DNA of 10,535 bases from Candidatus Auribacterota bacterium (GTDB taxonomy: Bacteria > Auribacterota > UBA6266): NCBI GenBank assembly GCA_023136205.1, contig JAGLRQ010000140.1, positions 1 to 10,535 on the forward strand, written 5' to 3'. Below the pieces are notes generated by a model that saw nothing but the letters and a program-made list of their open reading frames with translations, made no database searches and was not told where the DNA came from. Shown piece after piece: positions 1 through 6,852 of the stretch; positions within the stretch are counted from its first letter, which is position 1; each line of letters opens with the position of its first letter. The translations under genes were made by a program, and so were the position numbers.

Positions 1-58
1 TCGAACTGGTGACCTCGTCCTTACCAAGGACGTGCTCTGCCAACTGAGCTACGTGGGC
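1..58 (-). tRNA. tRNA-Thr (anticodon GGU), 5' portion only; the 3' end lies beyond the left window edge
   Basis: Reverse complement of 1-58 reads GCCCACG-TA-GCTC-AGTTGGCA-GAGC-A-CGTCC-TTGGTAA-GGACG-AGGTC-ACCAG-TTCGA. This gives an acceptor arm, D arm, anticodon stem-loop with GGT at positions 34-36, a variable loop and the start of the T arm. Confidence 0.9.
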
Positions 59-188
59 AAAACACAAAAAACTTCCCCTCAAGGTTGGGCTTTTAGTCTT
101 TTAAAGCCTGTTTCCTCAATATGTAAGTCCCTAAATAGATGAACAAAGATTCCTCTTCCTTAATGGAAGTAGCAATACTTTCACACTA

Positions 189-230
189 TTTTGTGTTTTG
201 CTGCTACTTAATCTGGCAAGAATTCACGTC
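189..230 (+). pseudogene. Possible decayed, inverted partial copy of the tRNA-Thr(GGU) leader plus 5' half
   Basis: 189-201 (TTTTGTGTTTTGC) is the exact reverse complement of 57-69, which is the 11-nt leader plus the first 2 nt of the tRNA. Blocks TGGCA (214-218) and CACGTC (225-230) follow in the same order and similar spacing as in the tRNA (38-42 and 29-34 on the other strand). The sequence in between is only loosely alignable, with gaps. Confidence 0.3.
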
Positions 231-750
231 TAGAAACTCTAACAGATTTACGCAGAAACGCAATAATATATGGTTGGTAGAATGAAGTCAAGGAAAAAAA
301 TCATTTTTTTTATTTTTTTTTTGATGCAACAACATGCGGTATTTCAAGCAATTACAGAAATTTTTAATACTTTCTACAAAATACCGGCATAATTTTGAGA
401 GCATACACAAGATATTGGGGTTTTTTCTCTAAAAAAATCATTTTATGACTATTGTTATGGAGCAATTATTGTACCAATCAACATTATCTCTTTACTTTCT
501 TTTCTCATCAAATCATTATTAATAATAATATATTTTAAAATTTAATATACATAAATGAGAAAAATATGTTATATAAAACAGAAATAAAAAATACAACCAA
601 ATTTTTCAGGAAAAACCAATAAATAAATATTTCACATCTATAATTTCCTCTTTAATCCGGCCAAAAGACGATGAAAACGTTTTCTCCATCTTTGACCCTG
701 TTGATCAATTTGACGAAGAGCCTGCTGACAAAGCCGGTATAGCCCGGGCA

Positions 751-2709
751 TTGAATGCCGCGTTTCTCATTATTCTCGGGGGCAGCCAGTATTCATCCCT
801 GGTTTTTAAACGGGCAAAAGCTTTTCTCAAGCATATGGCAGATATACCGGAATGGAAAGATATATCCGGATTTTACTCAAATGGAATAAATTTAGTTCAC
901 AAAGAAATTGAAACCATTTGTAAAAACGATCCCAACTTTGCAAAATGTTTGAAAAACCTCTCCAAATGGGTATCAAACAAAGACAATTTGTGTAATCAGG
1001 AAGAAACGATAGAGAAGATATGGACCGTTTTTTTCCCGGAGGCAACCGGCATCCGAAAGAACGAGCAAAAGCGGATAAAGGATTTACGCAAAAAACGCGC
1101 CTTAACTATTACAGAGCTAAATGCTGTTCCAATTACTAACCCGGTTCAGCAAATTCTTTTCACGTCCAATACCTTACTCACGATTCCTCCCACAACAAAA
1201 TCTTTAAAAGAGCTTCACCTAAGTAGCCATTTGAAAAACAAGTTAATCCATGCTACCCGTGAACCTCAGCTTTTCTGGTATGACCATCCCACTCCGGTTG
1301 GTGTTGAGCCGGGAGAAAATGAAGTCTTCTATGGCCTTCGAGGTTTAGATACAGCTGTAGAGGTTGAACGCACACACGGCAATGCTCCAGCCAACTCAAA
1401 ACTCACCTGTGTATTATCAGTTTCGGTGACTCACCGGGGCCTTCAAGATATTGCCAAGAAATATCTTGAAGAAGAATTAAAAAAAACAGGCGGCCTGAAA
1501 AATATTAATCTTTATCTATTTACTGAATCAGACACACAGCAAATAATTAATGACATCCTTGTTCCCGCTGCCAAACATTACTTGGAATGTAATAATTCAA
1601 AAGAGATCTTCAATATGTTTGGCGTAGATGGCCAATATGGCAGACATTACAGCTTTCTAAAGGCAATTTCTGCTTTTTGGCACGTTTATATTCAGCCCGA
1701 GATAAGAGCCACATTTAAAATCGATCTCGATCAGGTTTTCCCAGAAAAACAACTTATCAAAGAGTCAGGGGCTTCGGCATTTGAACATTTTACAACACCT
1801 CTCTGGGGTGCACACGGACTTGATATCAACGGGCACCCTGTAGAATTAGGTATGATAGCAGGAGCACTCGTCAATAAGAGTGATATCGACAATTCTTTAT
1901 TTACCCCTGATGTTAAATTCCCAAATCGTATACTTCATCCAGATGAATACATTTTTTTCAGTATGTTGCCACAGGCACTCTCAACCGAAGCAGAAATGAT
2001 GACACGTTATACCACAAAAAAACCGGACGGTAAAAAAACGTGCATTCAGCGTTTCCATGTTACCGGAGGAACAAACGGCATTTTGGTCGACAGCCTGCGT
2101 CGCCACCGCCCGTTTACCCCATCTTTTATCGGCCGGGCAGAAGATCAAGCATATATTTTCTCCGTACTTCCCAATGCCAATAAAAAACTGGCATATGTTC
2201 ACAAAGATGGCCTTATTATGCGCCATGATAAAGAAGCATTCGCCCAGGAAGCAATTCACCGTTCTCACATTGGCAAACTTATCGGTGATTACATTCGTAC
2301 TTTCTATTTTTCTGCATATGTCAAAGCGCTCACAGAGAACATCGACAATATTAAAAATCTTGTAGACCCGTTTACGGGCTGTTTCATATCCCGGATTCCA
2401 ACAACGGTCGTATACCTGCGTTTCGGACTTAAAGCAGCATCTTTCTTTTCCGCGGGGAAGAATGAAGAAGGATTTGAATTTATTACAAATGGTGTTCAGC
2501 GCATCGCGACTGCTCTCAACTTTACAAGCGGTGAAAACAGTAAGCTTAAACAGCAGTATAAAAAAGAGCGGCTTGGCTGGAATTTATATTATGATACACT
2601 GACAGTCGTCGAAAGGGCTCTACAGGAAAATGACTGCTTTGCACTGGAACTGCGTAAAAAGGCAAAAAAAATCATAGAACAATGTTTCATACATTTTGGT
2701 GAAAAATGA
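751..2709 (+). CDS. Hypothetical 652-aa protein with no family recognised; weak GT-A-glycosyltransferase-like motif order
   Basis: Uninterrupted 1959-nt ORF ending at TGA 2707-2709, far longer than expected by chance at this composition. It is the only plus-strand gene in the window. Start is uncertain: TTG 751 (ORF track) or ATG 835, neither with a Shine-Dalgarno, and the frame stays open back to 589. Motif order is a hydrophobic strand TCVLSVSVTH (aa 219-228), DLD (aa 325-327), then AED (aa 463-465). Confidence 0.8.
   Translation: MNAAFLIILGGSQYSSLVFKRAKAFLKHMADIPEWKDISGFYSNGINLVHKEIETICKNDPNFAKCLKNLSKWVSNKDNLCNQEETIEKIWTVFFPEATGIRKNEQKRIKDLRKKRALTITELNAVPITNPVQQILFTSNTLLTIPPTTKSLKELHLSSHLKNKLIHATREPQLFWYDHPTPVGVEPGENEVFYGLRGLDTAVEVERTHGNAPANSKLTCVLSVSVTHRGLQDIAKKYLEEELKKTGGLKNINLYLFTESDTQQIINDILVPAAKHYLECNNSKEIFNMFGVDGQYGRHYSFLKAISAFWHVYIQPEIRATFKIDLDQVFPEKQLIKESGASAFEHFTTPLWGAHGLDINGHPVELGMIAGALVNKSDIDNSLFTPDVKFPNRILHPDEYIFFSMLPQALSTEAEMMTRYTTKKPDGKKTCIQRFHVTGGTNGILVDSLRRHRPFTPSFIGRAEDQAYIFSVLPNANKKLAYVHKDGLIMRHDKEAFAQEAIHRSHIGKLIGDYIRTFYFSAYVKALTENIDNIKNLVDPFTGCFISRIPTTVVYLRFGLKAASFFSAGKNEEGFEFITNGVQRIATALNFTSGENSKLKQQYKKERLGWNLYYDTLTVVERALQENDCFALELRKKAKKIIEQCFIHFGEK
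1441..1471. repeat. Perfect 12-bp inverted repeat with a 7-nt spacer inside the 652-aa ORF
   Basis: CTTCAAGATATT (1441-1452), GCCAAGA, AATATCTTGAAG (1460-1471). The arms are exact reverse complements and encode LQDIAKKYLEE. Confidence 0.9.
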
Positions 2710-2816
2710 AATTGGTCAACGCTCGCTATGCTTCGGAGGACATCTGTTGTTAGAATTTTCACAACTTGTCCGCCGTAGTTTCTTTAGTGAAATCCCCGAT
2801 TCCAGGCGAAGGCGGA

Positions 2817-2890
2817 TGGAGCGGGCGATGGGAATCGAACCCACACTACTAGCTTGGAAGGCTAGAGCACTACCATTATGCGACGCCCGC
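2817..2890 (-). tRNA. tRNA-Gly (anticodon UCC), 74 nt, CCA encoded
   Basis: Reverse complement: GCGGGCG-TC-GCAT-AATGGTA-GTGC-T-CTAGC-CTTCCAA-GCTAG-TAGT-GTGGG-TTCGATT-CCCAT-CGCCCGC-T-CCA. It has a perfect 7-bp acceptor stem and a canonical T loop. Confidence 0.95.
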
Positions 2891-2907
2891 ATCTCAATTT
2901 AAAGAAA

Positions 2908-2992
<85 letters not shown>

Positions 2993-3049
2993 ATTGCTAC
3001 TCTTTCCCCACATCTTTGTTTCTCAAAGAAACAGTGGGGCCTTCTTATA

Positions 3050-3125
3050 TGGAGCCGGCGATCAGACTTGAACTGATAACCTGCTGATTACAAGTCAGCT
3101 GCTCTTCCAATTGAGCTACGCCGGC
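3050..3125 (-). tRNA. tRNA-Thr (anticodon UGU), 76 nt, CCA encoded
   Basis: Reverse complement: GCCGGCG-TA-GCTC-AATTGGAA-GAGC-A-GCTGA-CTTGTAA-TCAGC-AGGTT-ATCAG-TTCAAGT-CTGAT-CGCCGGC-T-CCA. Confidence 0.95.
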
Positions 3126-3162
3126 TTTCAAAAACTAGACCTGACAATTTGACAAGCCACCT

Positions 3163-3191
3163 ATTAAAATAAAAACTTCCGGAAAAATCAA
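3163..3191 (-). promoter_or_regulatory. Candidate sigma70-type promoter for the tRNA cluster
   Basis: On the minus strand: TTGATT (3191-3186), 17-nt spacer, TTTAAT (3168-3163). It lies between the nnr stop (3204) and the tRNA-Thr(UGU) 5' end (3125). This is a hexamer match only, and the tRNAs could equally be co-transcribed with the upstream operon. Confidence 0.2.
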
Positions 3192-3203
3192 GGCAAAAGT
3201 ATA

Positions 3204-4736
3204 TTAAGACAATAATTTTTTAAAAGCAAGAGGAAGCGCATTAATAATATCAGACGCAATTAGTGAGATTTCCCCTTTCTCTTCCGCCGCAATGTCACCG
3301 GCGAGACCATGAATATATGTCCCGAAAACAGAAGCATTATAACAGCCAAGTCCCTGAGCTATCAACGCACCTATTATCCCTGACAAGACATCTCCAGATC
3401 CTCCCGTAGCCATCCCGGGATTGCCGGTTATGTTAACCGAAAACCTTCCATCACGGCCCGCAATAACAGTCCTCGCCCCCTTAAGAACCACATTTGTTTT
3501 TTTTGCTTGAGCGAATTCAAGGGCAAGCGCCCATCTTTGCTCCTGAACGTCTTCAGTCGAACAATGTAAAAGCCGCGCCATCTCTCCGGCATGAGGCGTT
3601 ATAACCGTATCACCTTGCGTATAGTTCAAAATATCTGTGTTTTCTGAAAGAGCGGTAATAGCATCAGCATCTAGAAGCATCGTTCCAGCGTTATATTTCA
3701 CAACATCCCTTACCAGAGCCATTGTTTCTGAAGCCCTGGAAAGCCCGGGCCCAATAACAATAGTATCGGTTTTGTGGGACCAATTAAGTATCTGGGGAAG
3801 AGCTTTAAAACCTAATAAACCTGGATCTGTTTCGGTAAGAGCAACGGGCATCTCTTCTATCAACCTTGGCTGGTAATTAGAAACAAGACTTTCCGGCACA
3901 CCTAAGGTTACAAGCCCTACTCCTGTTCTCATAGCAGCTCTTCCGCACATAATTCCAGCCCCGGTAAAACCCGGAGACCCTGTAACAATAAAGAGGTGTC
4001 CATAGGTTCTTTTATGAGAAGGGTTTACTCTTCCGGGAACAAATTCTTTTGCTTCTTCTTCAGCCAAAACCTCTATCCTTGAGTCTGTATCCTCAAGAAT
4101 CTCTTCCGGATACCCTATGTTTGCTACACAAAGTTTTCCTGTGTATGTAGTCACATTTTCATACAATAGGCCTATTTTGGGCAGCCCCATTGTAAGCGTT
4201 AACTTAGCCTTCACACATTCTCCAAGCGGAATGCCGCGCAGTGAATCAAGGCCTGAAGGAATATCAACAGAAATTACCGGTATTGAACACCGGTTAACAA
4301 TCCTGATCCAGGTTTTATGCGGATCTTCAATTTCGCCCTGAGCCCCTATGCCGAGTAAAGCATCAACAATAACACTTGACTCCCTAATAATTTCCTCAAA
4401 AGCAGATGGTAAAAATTCAACAACAACAGGCTTCAATTTTTTCAACTGTTTTAGTGAAAAACCTTTTGATTCCCCTTCTTTAAAACAGCAAAGAACTTTT
4501 ACTGTATATCCTTTTTCTAATAAAACACGCGCAGCGACAAACCCATCGCCACCGTTATTTCCTCTGCCGCATAAGAAAACAATATTCGCGTCCTTTATAC
4601 TGCCACCCACTTCTTTTTGAACAGCATCCGCTAAAGCTGCCCCTGCATTTTCCATAAGAAGATCTTCCCGGAGACCAAAATTCTTAGCCGCCTTCAAGTC
4701 CATATTTTTAATTTCTACAGGGGTTACCGCTTTCAT
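3204..4736 (-). CDS. nnr: Bifunctional NAD(P)H-hydrate repair enzyme Nnr: YjeF N-terminal epimerase plus ADP-dependent dehydratase
   Basis: 510 aa. The N-terminal half carries the YjeF_N signature CGRGNNGGDGFVAAR. The C-terminal half has carbohydrate-kinase-like motifs, including GGSGDVLSGIIGAL near the end. ATG at 4736 is preceded by AAGG 6 nt upstream. Confidence 0.9.
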   Translation of the reverse strand: MKAVTPVEIKNMDLKAAKNFGLREDLLMENAGAALADAVQKEVGGSIKDANIVFLCGRGNNGGDGFVAARVLLEKGYTVKVLCCFKEGESKGFSLKQLKKLKPVVVEFLPSAFEEIIRESSVIVDALLGIGAQGEIEDPHKTWIRIVNRCSIPVISVDIPSGLDSLRGIPLGECVKAKLTLTMGLPKIGLLYENVTTYTGKLCVANIGYPEEILEDTDSRIEVLAEEEAKEFVPGRVNPSHKRTYGHLFIVTGSPGFTGAGIMCGRAAMRTGVGLVTLGVPESLVSNYQPRLIEEMPVALTETDPGLLGFKALPQILNWSHKTDTIVIGPGLSRASETMALVRDVVKYNAGTMLLDADAITALSENTDILNYTQGDTVITPHAGEMARLLHCSTEDVQEQRWALALEFAQAKKTNVVLKGARTVIAGRDGRFSVNITGNPGMATGGSGDVLSGIIGALIAQGLGCYNASVFGTYIHGLAGDIAAEEKGEISLIASDIINALPLAFKKLLS

Positions 4737-4756
4737 TTTCAGCCTTAATTGTGTAC

Positions 4757-5134
4757 TCAGCCTTCTATAACTACAACCGCAATTGAGTAACTATCCGTAT
4801 GGGATAAACTTACTTTGAGGTTCACAAAACCCTTTTTCTCCCAGTAATCCTGGGCTCCCCCAAGAAACTCTATCTGTGGCTCCCCATGAAGAGTTTTCAC
4901 AATCTTTATATCCTTCCAACCAATATTTGAGTTCCATCCCGTACCAAATGCCTTAAAAACAGCTTCCTTGCATGCAATCCTGGCCGCAAAGCACGCGGGC
5001 AAGTTCTTTTTCCCGGAACAATATTCAATCTCCTCCGGAAGAAAAAGCTTATTAAAAAAAGAATCTCCCCACTTCCGTAGGAGATTTTCAATTCTGTTAT
5101 TTTCAACGAGGTCAACACCAAGGCCTTTAATCAC
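4757..5134 (-). CDS. acpS: Holo-[acyl-carrier-protein] synthase (4'-phosphopantetheinyl transferase)
   Basis: 125 aa. N-terminus MIKGLGVDLVENNRIE matches the AcpS pattern (E. coli MAILGLGTDIVEIARIE). GTG start at 5134 with GGAG 8 nt upstream. It sits next to pdxJ, as in many bacteria. Confidence 0.9.
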   Translation of the reverse strand: MIKGLGVDLVENNRIENLLRKWGDSFFNKLFLPEEIEYCSGKKNLPACFAARIACKEAVFKAFGTGWNSNIGWKDIKIVKTLHGEPQIEFLGGAQDYWEKKGFVNLKVSLSHTDSYSIAVVVIEG

Positions 5135-5156
5135 ACAACTATCTCCAGCTTATACT

Positions 5157-5891
5157 CTATTCCTTATAATATTTCATTTTCTGCACCATCAGCCTAACAG
5201 CTTTTTCCAGTCCGGTAAAAAGAGCCTTTGCAACAAGACTAAAGCCTATGTTAAGCTCATGAAGATAAGGCATCCTTAAGATCCCTTTTATGTTTTCATA
5301 ATCAATTCCGTGTCCGGCATTTACCCCCATGCCAAGAGCATTAGCAAAAGCGGCGGCATCTATACATTTCCTTAGTTCTATTTCACGAGATTTTTCACCC
5401 CTGGCATTGGCATAAGAACCGGTATGAATTTCTATATATTGAGCCCCTGTCCTTACCGCCATTTCAATTTGGTCAAACTCCGGGTCAATAAACAAACTAA
5501 CCGTGATACCCTTTTGATTAAGTTTTTCCACAGTCCTGGTAACAGTATCAAGGTTTTTTATAATATCAAGACCCCCTTCTGTTGTTACCTCCTGTCTTTT
5601 CTCGGGAACAAGCGTCGCCTGATCAGGTTTAACCTTCCGGGCAATGCGAATAATTTCCTTATAACACGCCATTTCCAGATTAAGCTTTTTCTTAAGAACC
5701 TTCCTTAAGCTAAAAACATCTTTATCCTGTACGTGCCTTCTATCTTCTCTTAGATGAACGGTTATCTGATCAGCCCCGGCTCTCTCACACGCTTTAGCGG
5801 CTTCTACAACATCAGGAAAACTTTCTTTTCTTGCCTGCCTCAGAGTTGCAACGTGATCTATGTTAACCCCTAACAGAAGTTTTTTTCTCAT
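5157..5891 (-). CDS. pdxJ: Pyridoxine 5'-phosphate synthase
   Basis: MRKKLLLGVNIDHVATLRQAR matches the PdxJ N-terminal signature (E. coli LLGVNIDHIATLRNAR). I moved the start from the ORF-track 5927 to ATG 5891. AAGGA lies upstream of it, it begins 10 nt after the cdaR stop, and it gives 244 aa versus 243 aa in E. coli. Confidence 0.9.
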   Translation of the reverse strand: MRKKLLLGVNIDHVATLRQARKESFPDVVEAAKACERAGADQITVHLREDRRHVQDKDVFSLRKVLKKKLNLEMACYKEIIRIARKVKPDQATLVPEKRQEVTTEGGLDIIKNLDTVTRTVEKLNQKGITVSLFIDPEFDQIEMAVRTGAQYIEIHTGSYANARGEKSREIELRKCIDAAAFANALGMGVNAGHGIDYENIKGILRMPYLHELNIGFSLVAKALFTGLEKAVRLMVQKMKYYKE

Positions 5892-5901
5892 GGTAAATTC
5901 C

Positions 5902-6852
5902 TTAATGGGCAGTAATAGCTGCTTCAACTACTTCAGGGTCGGTTTTTTCTAAAAGGACTTTTTTAGGAAGGTCCGCCTTAACCGGAAACTCATACAGACC
6001 TTTTTCCACGTTTAAAATCTCGACAAAGAGCGAAATATCCTTGTCACTCATTGTATCAAGAATGTCTTTCGGACCACTTACAATTGCACCTGCGGTTGCC
6101 GGATTGAGTTTTATACGGGATTTCTTTTCCGAAGAGAGCAGCACATTTATAGGAAGATCTTTAAATTCTCTTCGGGAAAGAGCTTTCGCTATTTCTACCG
6201 TTACCACAACCCTCTTTCCCATTATTCTGTGAATACCATCTTCTGCCATTGGTTCAACCACAACTCTTACAGTAAAAGATTTATCCCTGCCGGTAAGATC
6301 AATTGGAATTGTTTCGATATGGTTTTTGGATTCAAGATAACTTGCAAGAGTGCGAACCATAATTTTTCTAGGAGCAGAAACTGTATCCACTACCTTGTAC
6401 CCATACTCAGGCTGCCCTATCAAGACAGGCCTGACCTCAAGCTCCTTATCAATAAATTCATCAACCACTATAGAGCAAAATTTGGGTTCTATCTTAACGA
6501 CACTAACACCTTTGGGTTTTTCAATATTATTTTTACCAATTCTTACTGAAAGCTCACCTTTCTCCTGTGAACCGGGTAATTTATAAACAGCCCTAAGGCC
6601 GTAATTTTTGAGCCTTTCTATTTCTTCCTTCGTCCCTCTAAACGTTACGGTTATCCCTCTTATAGAGATATCTGTTACCGTAAGATTGGGGGGACACATT
6701 ATTTTTAAAGGAATTTTTACAACGCTTCGAACGCTTCTCAGTTCAGCAACGTAGAACCACACAATTATCGCAAAAATTACCGATAGTATTTTCGTGCCTA
6801 AATTTTTTCTAAAAAAACTTTTTACTTTTACCATATCCTTCACTTCTTCCAT
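5902..6852 (-). CDS. cdaR: YbbR-domain protein, CdaA regulator-like (single N-terminal TM helix plus repeated YbbR-like beta domains)
   Basis: 316 aa. The N-terminus NLGTKILSVIFAIIVWFYVAE resembles the TM anchor of YbbR/CdaR proteins. The gene lies immediately downstream of cdaA and overlaps it by 13 nt, which is the conserved cdaA-cdaR arrangement. The start could alternatively be ATG 6834. Confidence 0.75.
   Translation of the reverse strand: MEEVKDMVKVKSFFRKNLGTKILSVIFAIIVWFYVAELRSVRSVVKIPLKIMCPPNLTVTDISIRGITVTFRGTKEEIERLKNYGLRAVYKLPGSQEKGELSVRIGKNNIEKPKGVSVVKIEPKFCSIVVDEFIDKELEVRPVLIGQPEYGYKVVDTVSAPRKIMVRTLASYLESKNHIETIPIDLTGRDKSFTVRVVVEPMAEDGIHRIMGKRVVVTVEIAKALSRREFKDLPINVLLSSEKKSRIKLNPATAGAIVSGPKDILDTMSDKDISLFVEILNVEKGLYEFPVKADLPKKVLLEKTDPEVVEAAITAH

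Noticed and set aside
139-285. 48-codon ORF MNKDSSSLMEVAILSHYFVFCCYLIWQEFTSRNSNRFTQKRNNIWLVE, with a TM-like core and basic tail, superficially like a type I toxin.
   Set aside because: It has no ribosome-binding site and no obvious antisense RNA or promoter architecture. It also overlaps the pseudo-tRNA fragment. Short hydrophobic ORFs arise easily in T-rich DNA. It is worth revisiting only if Ribo-seq shows translation.
282-326. Mini-ORF MKSRKKIIFFYFFF, reminiscent of Phe-rich attenuator leader peptides (pheL/pheM).
   Set aside because: The Phe codons are just the T8/T10 homopolymer tracts. There is no Shine-Dalgarno, no alternative terminator/antiterminator hairpins, and no downstream Phe biosynthesis or pheST gene.
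827-2365. ORFs 827-1045(-), 1981-2268(-) and 2057-2365(+) lie nested in the 652-aa ORF. ORF 4906-5121(-) lies in an alternate frame of acpS.
   Set aside because: All are much shorter than the overlapping long ORFs and have no motifs or ribosome-binding sites.
2738-2816. Structures between the 652-aa ORF stop and the tRNA-Gly 3' end, considered as a bidirectional terminator or att/tRNA-like relic. One is the hairpin GGACA..GTTGT-loop-ACAAC..TGTCC (2738-2771). The other is the TCCGCC/GGCGGA pairing (2769-2774 with 2811-2816).
   Set aside because: The stems are only 5-6 bp, interrupted or widely spaced, with no adjacent U-tract on either strand. There is no similarity to the tRNA-Gly 3' end that would mark an attachment-site repeat.
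3142-3155. Tandem TGACAA-TT-TGACAA, including a perfect plus-strand TTGACA at 3149-3154.
   Set aside because: There is no acceptable -10 at 16-19 nt on the plus strand and no plus-strand gene downstream. On the minus strand, the TTGTCA copies lack a usable -10 before the tRNA starts.
5892-5927. ORF-track N-terminal extension of pdxJ (MKQLLLPIKEFT).
   Set aside because: It overlaps the end of cdaR. The internal ATG 5891 has an AAGGA ribosome-binding site and gives a PdxJ of canonical length starting just before the conserved LGVNIDH motif.
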